Shown piece after piece: positions 7,490 through 17,150 of a stretch of 64,000 bases of DNA. Source of the stretch: an uncultured virus (IMG/VR IMGVR_UViG_3300020037_004263) (lineage: Duplodnaviria > Heunggongvirae > Uroviricota > Caudoviricetes). The translations under genes were made by a program, and so were the position numbers. Each line of letters starts with the position of its first letter. Within the stretch, counting starts at the first letter, position 1. The stretch lies in the IMG/VR virus record IMGVR_UViG_3300020037_004263; one strand, 5' to 3'. The notes under the pieces are model-generated. The model was not told the origin of the DNA. It ran no database searches and was given only the letters and a program-made list of their open reading frames with translations.

Positions 7490-8004
7490 CGACCGTGCTT
7501 GACCCTTACGCCGGCCTGTCAGAAAAGGCGCGGGAACTGGCCGTCGTGCGCATGCGCAAGACGCTGTCGCGCGAGCCGGATCACCGGACCCACCACAAGG
7601 CTACCCGGCAGTATCTGAAGACGCTGGTCGGCAAGCCGGCTCTGCCACCCCTCGAACCACCCAAGCCTGTTCAGACCGAAACCGAGAGGGAGGTACACAG
7701 GGCTTGCCGGATGTACGACCGCAAGGCTCGTGTCAGCCCACAGGGGCAAGCGAAGCAGGAGGAAGGGCTCAAGTCCGTGCTGCGGCGCATCCAGGCGGGC
7801 ACCTGCCCGGTTTGCATGCATCCTATTCTCGGGCTGGGCACCTTTGACCACGTTGTTCCTCTTTCTCGGGGCGGGAAGGACGCCGGTAATCTCATCCTGA
7901 TGCATGGCGTGTGCAACCAGGAGAAGGCCGACAGGATGCCGACCGGCTGCGAACTGATCTGGCTGGCGATGGTGAACGCCCACCTGGGTGCTCGCTCGAC
8001 GTGA
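7486..8004 (+). CDS. HNH endonuclease
   Basis: CPVC...TFDHVVPLSRGG...NLILMHGVCNQEK; lies between terS and terL with GTGA overlaps. Confidence 0.85.
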   Translation: MTTVLDPYAGLSEKARELAVVRMRKTLSREPDHRTHHKATRQYLKTLVGKPALPPLEPPKPVQTETEREVHRACRMYDRKARVSPQGQAKQEEGLKSVLRRIQAGTCPVCMHPILGLGTFDHVVPLSRGGKDAGNLILMHGVCNQEKADRMPTGCELIWLAMVNAHLGARST

Positions 8005-9509
8005 CCCTCCCCGCGCTCTCCGAGGCCGAACTCGCCAGTCTTCCGCCCGAGGCGCTCAGCTTCCTGCGCTGGCAGCTCGAATGGACCTCTACGGCGCGGC
8101 CCAACCAGATACCCCCCAGCACCGACTGGACCGAGTGCGGCCTGCTCGCGGGGCGCGGGTTCGGCAAGACCAGGGTCGGGGCCGAGTGGCTCGCACGGGC
8201 GATCTACGAGGACCCGAGCACTTACCCGAGCGCGGTGATCTGCCCGACCTACTCGGACGTCAAGTTCACCGCCTACGAGGGCGAGAGCGGACTTCTGAGC
8301 GTCATCCCGCCCGACCTGGTCGTCAGCTACAACAAGAGCGATCTGACGATCGAGATGAAGAACCTCGCCGGCGGCGTGTCCATGATCCGTGGGTTCAGCG
8401 CCGAGAAGCCCGAACGGCTCAGGGGTCCGCAGCACGCCCGCGGCTGGCTCGACGAGATCGCGGCATGGCTGTACGACGAGGACACCTGGGACATGTACCA
8501 GATGGGCCTGCGCCTCGGCGAGGAGCCACAGACCCTGTGGACGACGACGCCCAAGCCCAAGGACCTGATCCGCAAGCTGACCGAGGCGAAGGATGATCGG
8601 GTCATCGTCCGTGGCTCGACCTACGACAACCGGGTCAACCTGCCGACCAAGTTCTTCAAGCAGCTCGAGAAGTACGAGGGCACGACCCTCGGGCGGCAGG
8701 AGCTGATGGGCGAGCTGATCGACCCGGAGGAGGGCGGCATCGTCAAGCGCTCCCAGTTCCGGCTGTGGCCGCATGACCGGCCGCTGCCCGCCTTCGAGTG
8801 GATCATCGTCAGTCTCGACACGGCCTTCACCGAGAAGACCGTCGACAGCAAAACCAAGGACCCCGATGCGACGGCCTGCACGGTCTGGGGGACCTTCCGG
8901 CACGAGAAGCGCATGAACGTCCTGCTTTTGGACTGCTGGGAGGACCACCTCGGCTTGCCCGAGCTGATCCGCCGGACCCGCAAGGAGATGGCCCAGCACT
9001 ACGGCGACGACGCCGACCGGCCTATGATCCAGCCGCTGATCGGCGCCAACCACTCGGCCAGCTTCGGCCGCAAACCCGATATCCTCCTGATCGAAGACAA
9101 GGGCAGCGGCATCTCGCTGAGGCAGATGCTCGAGCGCGAGGGCATCATCGCCTTCCCGTACAACCCCGGCCGGGCCGACAAGCTGACCCGCCTGCACGTC
9201 GTCTCGCCGGTGTTCGCGCGGAGGCTCGTCTGGCTGCCGGAGAGCGACAACGCCGAGCGCCGCGGCAAGCCGCGCAACTGGTGCGAGCCGATGCTCGCGC
9301 AGCTCTGCTCGTTCACGGGTAGTGGGTCTATCAAGCACGACGACTACGTCGACAGCGTGACCCAAACGATGATGTTCTTGATAAATAAGCAGTTTTTGGA
9401 CGTCTCTTTGCCCCAGCGCGAGCAGAAGGAAAGAGACATCGAGGACCGGGACAAGGGCTTCGAGCGCGAGGCCAAGCGTGGGGCCTATCTGAACCCGTAC
9501 AGTTGCTGA
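8001..9509 (+). CDS. terL: Terminase large subunit
   Basis: Walker A AGRGFGKT, LRGPQ, Walker B WLDE, nuclease acidic motifs SLDTA, IEDK and HDDYVDS. GTG start chosen from the overlap. Confidence 0.95.
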   Translation: MTLPALSEAELASLPPEALSFLRWQLEWTSTARPNQIPPSTDWTECGLLAGRGFGKTRVGAEWLARAIYEDPSTYPSAVICPTYSDVKFTAYEGESGLLSVIPPDLVVSYNKSDLTIEMKNLAGGVSMIRGFSAEKPERLRGPQHARGWLDEIAAWLYDEDTWDMYQMGLRLGEEPQTLWTTTPKPKDLIRKLTEAKDDRVIVRGSTYDNRVNLPTKFFKQLEKYEGTTLGRQELMGELIDPEEGGIVKRSQFRLWPHDRPLPAFEWIIVSLDTAFTEKTVDSKTKDPDATACTVWGTFRHEKRMNVLLLDCWEDHLGLPELIRRTRKEMAQHYGDDADRPMIQPLIGANHSASFGRKPDILLIEDKGSGISLRQMLEREGIIAFPYNPGRADKLTRLHVVSPVFARRLVWLPESDNAERRGKPRNWCEPMLAQLCSFTGSGSIKHDDYVDSVTQTMMFLINKQFLDVSLPQREQKERDIEDRDKGFEREAKRGAYLNPYSC

Positions 9510-9523
9510 GAAGGAGACGAACG

Positions 9524-9718
9524 ATGGCTGAGATCAAGACACCGCTGGCGAGGCTGGGGGCGGGCGAGACCTTCACCGCGGGGGAAGATGGCGCGTGGGT
9601 CATAACCGAGGCCAACACCCACGCGGACATCCTGCGTTTTGTGGTGGCCGACATAGGCACTGACGCGAGCGTCGTTCTGGCTGGAGTTTTGAGCGACTTG
9701 AACCTCGCCAGCGATTAG
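9524..9718 (+). CDS. Hypothetical protein
   Basis: AAGGAG RBS. Confidence 0.55.
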   Translation: MAEIKTPLARLGAGETFTAGEDGAWVITEANTHADILRFVVADIGTDASVVLAGVLSDLNLASD

Positions 9719-9748
9719 TTTAAGCACCACCCGACATCAACAGGGGTA

Positions 9749-9928
9749 ATGCCAATGACGCGCATCGGTCTGTTCCACGGCGGCAGCGGCCTGGAGGTCG
9801 AGTTCGATGAGACCGAGGCCGGAGAGCGCGTCACCCTTGAAGTCAACGACCAGACCGCCAGCGTCCCGCTCGGCATCCTGTTGGAAGTGCTCGACGCCGC
9901 TGGCATCGGCATGGAGGCATCGGCGTAG
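9749..9928 (+). CDS. Small acidic hypothetical protein
   Basis: Manual ORF MPMTRIGLFHGGSGLEVEFDE...; AGGGG RBS; TAGTG coupling. Confidence 0.55.
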   Translation: MPMTRIGLFHGGSGLEVEFDETEAGERVTLEVNDQTASVPLGILLEVLDAAGIGMEASA

Positions 9929-10197
9929 TGGCCGCCTACACCGACAAGACCGCCAACCGTCCCGTCGAGGCGTGGCTGTTCGACGGCTCGATCGCCTCGG
10001 TCCACGAGTTGATGGCCAGCCACCCCGACGTCTGGTGGGAGCGCGGCGCCATCCGGGTCGGCAGGCGGCAGGGGTCCAGCGCCTCGCTGGTCCCGCCTGG
10101 CCGCTGGATCGTGCGCGACCCCAAGGACAACTCGCTGTCGGCCTTCGAGGCCGGGCGCTTCGACGAGCGGTTCGAGATGTGGAGGGCCGACGTGTGA
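9928..10197 (+). CDS. Hypothetical protein
   Basis: VEAWLFDG...GRWIVRD...FDERFE; coupled on both sides. Confidence 0.65.
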   Translation: MAAYTDKTANRPVEAWLFDGSIASVHELMASHPDVWWERGAIRVGRRQGSSASLVPPGRWIVRDPKDNSLSAFEAGRFDERFEMWRADV

Positions 10198-10775
10198 TGG
10201 ACGAGACGGTCTTTCAGCTCTTGGTCAAACGAAAAGATGCCTTGGAACTCGGGCTGAAACGATATTTCACCGGGAAGCCGTGCAAGAGGGGCCATGTTGC
10301 GGAACGCATAACCAGCAGCAAAGAGTGCATGGGTTGCCTGCCGGAGAAAAACGCCGAGGCGAAGCGTCGACGCCCGAACTGGCACAAAGAGCATTACGCC
10401 AAGCTGATGGCGAAAAACCCTAACATTTGGAAAGAAAAATACGCGGCGGATCCGGATTCGCAAAAGGCACGCTGTGCCAAGTGGTACAAAAAGAACAAGC
10501 ACGTTGCTACCGCGCGGTTGGCGCGTAGACGGGCCGTGTTGCGCAACGCAGCGCCAGGGTGGCTGACGAAAGAAGATCACAAAGCTATCCGCCGCGTGTA
10601 CAAGCAGGCTGCAGAAATGACGAAGCTGACTGGCATTCCGCACGAGGTGGATCACATATACCCGCTGAAAGGCGAGACAATGTGCGGGCTGCACGTCCCG
10701 AGCAACTTGCGGGTTATCACGACCTTCGACAACCGATCCAAAGGCAATCGCCTTAGCCAAGGAGTAGCCGAATGA
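10197..10775 (+). CDS. HNH homing endonuclease
   Basis: YFTGKPCKRGHVAER N-terminus; HEVDHIYPLKG..CGLHVPSNL...N.SK; lower GC than neighbours. Confidence 0.9.
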   Translation: MDETVFQLLVKRKDALELGLKRYFTGKPCKRGHVAERITSSKECMGCLPEKNAEAKRRRPNWHKEHYAKLMAKNPNIWKEKYAADPDSQKARCAKWYKKNKHVATARLARRRAVLRNAAPGWLTKEDHKAIRRVYKQAAEMTKLTGIPHEVDHIYPLKGETMCGLHVPSNLRVITTFDNRSKGNRLSQGVAE

Positions 10776-13261
10776 TCGGCGAAGACGAACTCCCGCAAGG
10801 CGAAACAGTGACGATCGACGTTGACGATACCGGCGTCACGGATACTGACGATGGCGGGGCGTACGTAAAACTTGACGAACCCGAAGGCCGGCAGCGCTCG
10901 GAAGATTTCTACGCGAATTTGAGTCTTGAGATGCCGGAGAGCGAGCTCGACGAACTGAGCACCCGCTTCCTCGACCTGATCACCCAGGACAAGGAGGACC
11001 GCAAACAGCGCGATCTCGCCTACGAGATGGGCCTGCGCCGCACCGGCCTCGGCAACGATGCCCCCGGCGGCGCCCAGTTCGACGGCGCGAGCCGCGTCGT
11101 CCACCCGATGCTCGTCAGCGCGACGGTCGACTTCGCCGCCCGTCTGATGAAGGAGCTGTTCCCTCCAGGCGGACCGGTCAAGGACCTGATCCCCGGCGAT
11201 CTGACCCCCGAGAAGGTCAGGAAAGCGCGGCGCAAGGCCGCGATGATGAACTGGCAGCTCACGGTCCAGTCGACCGAGTTCCGCGCCGAGCTGGAGCAGA
11301 CCCTCACCCAGGTGCCGATGGGCGGCGCGCAGTACCTCAAGCTGGGGTGGGACGAGCCGCGCAACCGTCCGACCGGCCTGTTCGTCGCCATCGACGACAT
11401 GCTGCTGCCCTACGCCGCGACGAGCTTCTACTCGGCGCAGCGTCGCACCCACGTCCAGTACCTGACCGCCCTCGACTTCCGCCAGCGCATCCGCTCGGGC
11501 GACTTCCGCGACGTCGATCTGGCGCCTTCCAGCCTGACCCCCGAGCAGACCGCGGTGGCGCGGGCCAACGACAAGATCGAGGGCCGCGACCCCAGCACCA
11601 TGAACGTGGACGGCCTGCGCAAGGTCTTCGAGGTTTATGCGCTGTGCTCCTTGTCGGTCGATGTCGCCGGCGTCAGCAACTCGGACCGCGACGAGGACAT
11701 CGCCCCCTACATCATCACCATCGATGATACCTCGCGCAAGGTGCTCTCCATCTACCGCAACTGGGACGAGTTCGACGACAGCCGCGAGGAGCTGCACTGG
11801 TTCGCCGAGTTCCCGTTCGTCCCGTGGCGCGGGGCATACCCGCTCGGACTGCCGCACATGATCGGCACCCTCAGCGGCGCCGCCACCGGCGCCCTGCGCG
11901 CCCTGCTCGACTCCGCCCACATCCAGAACACCGCCAGCGGGGTCAAGCTCAAGGGCCTGACCAGAGGCGGCCAGAGCCTCCAGCCGCAGGTCGGCGAGGT
12001 CGTCGAGATCGAGGGCGGCATCAACACCGACGACATCCGCAAGCTGTTCATGCCGATGCCGTTCAACCCGCCGTCCCCGATGCTGATGCAACTGCTGACC
12101 TTCCTCGTCGACACCAGCAACAACGTCGTGCGCACGACCTTCGAGGACATGGCCGAGCAGCGCAGCGACGCACCGGTCGGCACGACGCTCGCCCGCCTCG
12201 AGCAGGCCATGGTCGTCTACCGCGCCATCCACGCCCGGCTGCACGACGGCATGGCGCGGGTTCTGCGCATCCTCCACCGTCTCAACGGCATGTATCTCGA
12301 CGACGAGAACACCCGTGACGAGGTCGGTGAGGAGCTGGCGACGCGCGCCGACTTCGAAGGGCCGATGGACGTCGTCCCGGTCAGCGACCCCAACATCTTC
12401 AGCGAGGCGCAGCGCGTCGCCCAGGCCCAGGCCGTCGCCCAGCGCGCCGATCTCAAGCCGCAGATCTACAACCAGCGCAACGTCGAGGTGCGGATCCTCG
12501 AGACGCTCAAGGTGCCGAACCCCGAGCAGCTGTTGATGCCGGCGATCGAGCCCAAGGAGCAGAACGCGGTCAACGAGAACGTCACCGCGACGCTCGGGCG
12601 GCCGGTCACGGCCTTCCCTGAGCAGGACCACATCGCCCATCTCCAGACGCACATGGCCTACATGATGAGCCCCGCGTTCGGGATGTCGCCGCTGATCGCG
12701 CCGGCCTACCTGCCGGTGATGCTCGGACACATCAAGGAGCACCTCGCCTGGTGGTACGCTTCACAGGTCTTCGAGACCGCCAACCTGGCGATCGACGGCG
12801 ATATCGGCGACGAGATGAGGAAGCTCAAGGGCGACATCCCGGCGCGCAAGGCGCTCGACCGCATGCTCGCCGAAGCCGGGCTGGTTGCCGTCGAGCAGGG
12901 CCAGCAGCAGTTCGGCCAGCTGCCCCAGATCGTCCAGCAGGCGCAGCAACTGCTCCAGCAGCTTGCGCCGCAGCCGCAGGACCCCAAGGCGCTCATCGAG
13001 CAGGGCAAGCTCGCGCTCAAGAGTCAGGAGCTGCAGCAGGACGGCAAGCAGAACACCGAGGACAACGAGATCAAGGTCAGGCTGGAAGAGATGCGGCAGG
13101 AGGGCGAGGACCGCCGCACCGCCGCCGAGCTGGAGACCAAGGTCGCCACGAACGATGCGGACAATGAAATGGCGGCTAACATCGCTGCCGCCGAGATATC
13201 GACTGGTGAGCGGATCGCACAGAGCACAGGGAAGGGATCGAATCCCAATCCGTCGCCGTGA
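10772..13261 (+). CDS. Portal protein
   Basis: 829 aa, follows terL; ASRVVHPML, APVGTTLA and Q-rich coiled-coil C-terminus typical of P22-like portals. Confidence 0.85.
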   Translation: MIGEDELPQGETVTIDVDDTGVTDTDDGGAYVKLDEPEGRQRSEDFYANLSLEMPESELDELSTRFLDLITQDKEDRKQRDLAYEMGLRRTGLGNDAPGGAQFDGASRVVHPMLVSATVDFAARLMKELFPPGGPVKDLIPGDLTPEKVRKARRKAAMMNWQLTVQSTEFRAELEQTLTQVPMGGAQYLKLGWDEPRNRPTGLFVAIDDMLLPYAATSFYSAQRRTHVQYLTALDFRQRIRSGDFRDVDLAPSSLTPEQTAVARANDKIEGRDPSTMNVDGLRKVFEVYALCSLSVDVAGVSNSDRDEDIAPYIITIDDTSRKVLSIYRNWDEFDDSREELHWFAEFPFVPWRGAYPLGLPHMIGTLSGAATGALRALLDSAHIQNTASGVKLKGLTRGGQSLQPQVGEVVEIEGGINTDDIRKLFMPMPFNPPSPMLMQLLTFLVDTSNNVVRTTFEDMAEQRSDAPVGTTLARLEQAMVVYRAIHARLHDGMARVLRILHRLNGMYLDDENTRDEVGEELATRADFEGPMDVVPVSDPNIFSEAQRVAQAQAVAQRADLKPQIYNQRNVEVRILETLKVPNPEQLLMPAIEPKEQNAVNENVTATLGRPVTAFPEQDHIAHLQTHMAYMMSPAFGMSPLIAPAYLPVMLGHIKEHLAWWYASQVFETANLAIDGDIGDEMRKLKGDIPARKALDRMLAEAGLVAVEQGQQQFGQLPQIVQQAQQLLQQLAPQPQDPKALIEQGKLALKSQELQQDGKQNTEDNEIKVRLEEMRQEGEDRRTAAELETKVATNDADNEMAANIAAAEISTGERIAQSTGKGSNPNPSP

Positions 13262-13944
13262 GGGCCGAGCCTGCCCTCCGCGAGGCCCGCGAAAAAGGAC
13301 TCGTGTTTTACTTCACTGGGCGTCCTTGCAGACGTGGCCATGTGGCAAAACGATGGGTCGCTGGGCGTGGTTGCGTTGCATGCGCGCCGGTTAATCAAAA
13401 GAGGCGCTATGATAGCGACCCAGAGTCTTACCTCGAACGCCAACGGCAGTGGCAGAGCGAAAACCGACACGTTACGCGAGGGGCGTCGAAGCGTTGGAAA
13501 GAACAAAACCCGCAGAGAAACAAAGAAGGCTGGGACCGCTGGGCCGCACAAAACCGAGATCATCTCGTCGCCACAGCCCGGCAGCGCTACTTGGAAAACA
13601 GAGACGAAGTCCTAGCTTACAACAAGGTTTGGAACCGGAAAAACCCAGGCGCGCGAAATGCGCTTACTCGAAAACGAGGCGCAGATAAGCTCCGGGCTGT
13701 TCCGCCTTGGTTGACAGAGCAGCACTACGAACAGATCAAGCTCGTCTACGTGGAGGCCCGACGGCTCACTGACGAGACAGGCGTGTCTCACCACGTAGAC
13801 CACATCTTTCCGTTGCGCGGGCGCAACTGCTCAGGGCTGCACGTTCCTTGGAATTTGCAGATACTGACAGCTTCTGAAAATTCACGTAAAAGGAACAAAG
13901 TGCCGGCCGATCGGTGGGCGCTCGCTTTCAAGGAGCATTTTTGA
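13258..13944 (+). CDS. HNH homing endonuclease (paralogue of 10197-10775)
   Basis: YFTGRPCRRGHVAKR; HHVDHIFPLRG..CSGLHVPWNL..N.RK. Confidence 0.9.
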   Translation: MRAEPALREAREKGLVFYFTGRPCRRGHVAKRWVAGRGCVACAPVNQKRRYDSDPESYLERQRQWQSENRHVTRGASKRWKEQNPQRNKEGWDRWAAQNRDHLVATARQRYLENRDEVLAYNKVWNRKNPGARNALTRKRGADKLRAVPPWLTEQHYEQIKLVYVEARRLTDETGVSHHVDHIFPLRGRNCSGLHVPWNLQILTASENSRKRNKVPADRWALAFKEHF

Positions 13945-14090
13945 TGGCCGAAAAGAACAACGCGACGAGCGGCAGCCCCAGCGGCACGACGCCGAAGCTG
14001 AGCGCCGACAACAGCAACCAGCACAAGCGCCTGGCGAGCGGCGACAATGTCGACGCCGGCCAGAGCAGCGCACCGAAGACGCGCTGGTGA
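13944..14090 (+). CDS. Small hypothetical protein
   Basis: Manual ORF MAEKNNATSGSPSG...; AAGGAG RBS; coupled on both sides. Confidence 0.6.
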   Translation: MAEKNNATSGSPSGTTPKLSADNSNQHKRLASGDNVDAGQSSAPKTRW

Positions 14091-14278
14091 ACGAGGGCCA
14101 GCTGATCGGCCGGCTCAAGGCGCTCAAGGCGAATATCGCCGAGAGCGCCATGACTGCGCCCTCGGGCGACGCCTTCATGTACGGCAAGGCCGTCGGCATG
14201 TACGCCGGGGTCGATGCGGCGCTCGGAGCGGTCGAGACGATGCTCGACGAAGAGAAGGAACGGGAGCGCGAGGTATGA
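14087..14278 (+). CDS. Hypothetical protein (YGKAVGMYAG helical type, commonly after portal)
   Basis: Operon coupling and position. Confidence 0.7.
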   Translation: MNEGQLIGRLKALKANIAESAMTAPSGDAFMYGKAVGMYAGVDAALGAVETMLDEEKEREREV

Positions 14279-14532
14279 GCGAACTGACTGCACGGCGCTG
14301 GGACAAAGATGGTGGCAGCCCCAACTCGCACAAAGCGATCGAGGCGCTTGACGTGGCGCGGCACCGTATCGAAACGGGCGAGTGGCTTGCCGATCACGTT
14401 ATCGTGATAGTGGGGAGCATCGACGGGGACGGTGGCGCGAACACTTCCTTCACACAGGCTGGCAAGCTTGACGCTTACGGCCAACTCGGGTTGCTCGACG
14501 TAGCGCGCGATCTTATGAACCAGAAGGCTTGA
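14275..14532 (+). CDS. Hypothetical protein
   Basis: MSELTARRW...; GAGG RBS; ATGA overlap. Confidence 0.6.
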   Translation: MSELTARRWDKDGGSPNSHKAIEALDVARHRIETGEWLADHVIVIVGSIDGDGGANTSFTQAGKLDAYGQLGLLDVARDLMNQKA

Positions 14533-14541
14533 GGAGCATTT

Positions 14542-14979
14542 ATGGACCTGTGGGTTCCGAACAAGGTTAACTTCCAGTACGACAGCATCGAGGACGCTTT
14601 CCCGGCGCTCGACTGCGGCGGTGACCCCTGCGGCGACAGCGCCATCTTCCAGCTGCGAGCACCCAAGACCAAGACCAAGGGCGGCATCATCCTCGCCGAG
14701 ACGACCAAGGACATCGAGGCGCAGAACACCCAGGTCGCCAAGGTCGTCGCGTTGGGGCCTCTGTGCTTCCGCGATCCCGATAGCCGCGAGATCTGGCCCG
14801 AGGGCATGTGGTACGATGTCGGCGAGTTCGTCCGGGTGCCCAAGTTCGGCGGCGACCGCTGGCACATCGAGCACGGCGAGGGCGACGACAAGGTCGAGAT
14901 CACCTTCGTCCTGTTCCGCGCACGGGATATCCGCCTGCGGATCACCGGTGACCCGCTGATGATGAAGACGTACATTTAA
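14542..14979 (+). CDS. GroES-like co-chaperonin
   Basis: KTKGGIIL mobile loop, AKVVALGP, VGEFVRVPKFGG. Confidence 0.85.
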   Translation: MDLWVPNKVNFQYDSIEDAFPALDCGGDPCGDSAIFQLRAPKTKTKGGIILAETTKDIEAQNTQVAKVVALGPLCFRDPDSREIWPEGMWYDVGEFVRVPKFGGDRWHIEHGEGDDKVEITFVLFRARDIRLRITGDPLMMKTYI

Positions 14980-15002
14980 CCAAGAGCACAGGAGCGCCAG
15001 AC

Positions 15003-15971
15003 ATGGCATCTAAGGCCGAAGAACCCATTGTCGAAGACACCGAGGAGCTGATCCCGGTCGACACGCCGCCGGCCGCCGAGTCCGCGGCCAACGACGCCGA
15101 TGACGACGAGTCCGAAGACGAGGACGACAAGCGCCTCGCGGGCAAGGACGATGCGGAAGAGGACAGCGAGGAAGACGACGGCTTCCGCCTCGCCAAAGAC
15201 CGCAAGCCCAAGAAAAAGCGTACGTGGGGCGAGAGGCGGGAGCGAGCGCGGCAGGACCGCCAGCGCGACGCACTCGAAAAACAGTTCCTGTTGCAGCAGG
15301 TCAACGAACTCAGGCAGCGCCTCGGCCACGTCGAGGGCATCGCGGTATCAAGCAACGAGGCCAATCTCGACCAGCGCATCGCCGAGGCCGACCGCGAGTT
15401 CCGCACCGCTACCGCGCTGATGGCCAAGGCGATGGAAGCCGGCAACAGCGAAGACTTCGCGACGGCGATGGACATCCGCGACAGCGCGCGCGACACCGTG
15501 CGCTCGCTCCAGTTCACCAAGCAGCAGACTGCGGCGGTTCGCCAGCAGCCGCAACAGCAGCCGGCCGACCCGCGCGTCGAGCATTACAAGAACCGCTGGG
15601 TCAGTGATAACTCCGACTGGTACGGCAAGCCGGGCTACGAGGACGACACGCAGATCGCCAACGCGATCGACCAGGCCGTCGCACGCGAGGGATATCAGCC
15701 GCACACCGAGGACTACTGGCTGGAGCTCAACCGGCGCCTCTCGTCCCGTCTCGGCGGTGCTGCTCAGTCCGAAGCAGCTCCTCGCCGGCAGCCCCCTCCG
15801 CAGGGCCGTACCAGAGAGCACGTACCCCCCGGCGCACGGCAGCGCGAAGTTTACGTGACACCGGAGCGCAAAGCCGCTATGATCGAGGCGGGCTATTGGG
15901 AAGACCCGGTAAAACGGGCCAAGATGCTCAAGACGTTCATCGAATACGACAAGAATCAACCGGCTCGCTGA
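15003..15971 (+). CDS. Putative capsid scaffolding protein
   Basis: Acidic N-terminus, coiled coil, located upstream of the capsid genes. Confidence 0.6.
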   Translation: MASKAEEPIVEDTEELIPVDTPPAAESAANDADDDESEDEDDKRLAGKDDAEEDSEEDDGFRLAKDRKPKKKRTWGERRERARQDRQRDALEKQFLLQQVNELRQRLGHVEGIAVSSNEANLDQRIAEADREFRTATALMAKAMEAGNSEDFATAMDIRDSARDTVRSLQFTKQQTAAVRQQPQQQPADPRVEHYKNRWVSDNSDWYGKPGYEDDTQIANAIDQAVAREGYQPHTEDYWLELNRRLSSRLGGAAQSEAAPRRQPPPQGRTREHVPPGARQREVYVTPERKAAMIEAGYWEDPVKRAKMLKTFIEYDKNQPAR

Positions 15972-15978
15972 AACAGGA

Positions 15979-16539
15979 GTGAGACCTTTGACTGAAGATA
16001 CTTCAGATGGACGGATAAAGCGTGACCTCGGAGTTGTCCGTCGCTCGCGCGCTGCCGTGGACGAGCGTCCTGAGCGCGGCGTGAGCGTTGCAGATCGACT
16101 GGAAGCGTTCCGCGAACAGCAGTACAACAACGCACTTCCAGACTTGCCACCAATTCCAGGCTACCACACGATCTGGCTGACCACGACCAACCCCCGCGAC
16201 TCGATCACGCACCGGCTTTCCCTCGGCTACGAACTCATCAACGCCGATGATTTTCCCGGTTTCTCGTCGGTCACTGTTCGCACGGGCGAGTACGAAGGTT
16301 GCATCGGGATCGAGGAGATGATCGCCGCGAAGCTCCCGGACGAACTGTACCAGGGCTACATGAAGATCGCTCACTACGACCGGCCGAAGGAACAGGAAGA
16401 CATTCTCAACCGAAATATCGAGGCTCTCCGCCACGACGCAGCACGCGACGGCGGAAAGATCATCGATGCCGAGGACGGAGAAGAGAACGGCATGGCGGAT
16501 CTGCGACGCAGCACCCCCGCCCCGAGGCACTTCAGCTGA
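15979..16539 (+). CDS. Head-module hypothetical protein
   Basis: LPPIPGYHTIW...GYELI; position in the head operon. Confidence 0.7.
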   Translation: MRPLTEDTSDGRIKRDLGVVRRSRAAVDERPERGVSVADRLEAFREQQYNNALPDLPPIPGYHTIWLTTTNPRDSITHRLSLGYELINADDFPGFSSVTVRTGEYEGCIGIEEMIAAKLPDELYQGYMKIAHYDRPKEQEDILNRNIEALRHDAARDGGKIIDAEDGEENGMADLRRSTPAPRHFS

Positions 16540-16581
16540 CGGAGAGGGGTTTTCCTTAACCCACCTTCAAGGTGAACGGCT

Positions 16582-17136
16582 ATGTCTTCGACTTCAGCAC
16601 CGTTCGGCCTGCGTCCCGCACTTCATCAGAGCGGAGTGGTTCGCCCCTCCGCCTATACGATCATCACGGGATACACGTCGGGCATTCTCCAGAACCAGCC
16701 GATCAAGGTCGGCACCAACGGCACCATCGAGGCCGCGGCCATCGGCAATCGGTTCATCGGCACCTTCCAGGGCGTCGAATACACCGATACGCTGGGCAAG
16801 CGCATCTACTCCAACCAGTGGATCGCCAACACCGCGGCAACCAACATCGTCGTCTACACGACCGAGGATCCGTACATCACGTATGAAATCCAGTCGAATG
16901 CGGCGATCACGGTTGCCATGATCGGCGAACAGTTCGACTTCACGACGATCACGGCCGGCAGCACCACCACGGGGCTGTCTGCACTGATGCTCGACGTCGC
17001 GTCGACTGCAGCCAACGCGAGCCTCCGGCTCCTCAATATTTCGCCGTACCCCGACAACGCTGCCGGGGATACTTACGTCATCTGCCAGGTCCAGATCAGC
17101 GAACACCAGTTCGTCGCTGATGTGGCTGCCATTTAA
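16582..17136 (+). CDS. Putative capsid decoration protein
   Basis: APFGLRP, GTFQGVEY, DPYITYEIQ; immediately upstream of the major capsid gene. Confidence 0.65.
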   Translation: MSSTSAPFGLRPALHQSGVVRPSAYTIITGYTSGILQNQPIKVGTNGTIEAAAIGNRFIGTFQGVEYTDTLGKRIYSNQWIANTAATNIVVYTTEDPYITYEIQSNAAITVAMIGEQFDFTTITAGSTTTGLSALMLDVASTAANASLRLLNISPYPDNAAGDTYVICQVQISEHQFVADVAAI

Positions 17137-17150
17137 GGGAGGACTGAGAA

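Noticed and set aside
7671..9365. 564-aa antisense ORF
   Set aside because: Shadow of terL caused by GC-rich codon bias; no motifs or RBS.
10652..12742. 696-aa antisense ORF
   Set aside because: Shadow of the portal gene.
10197..13944. HNH genes as group I intron ORFs
   Set aside because: They overlap intact neighbours through stop/start junctions, leaving no room for an intron core, and the flanking genes are not split.
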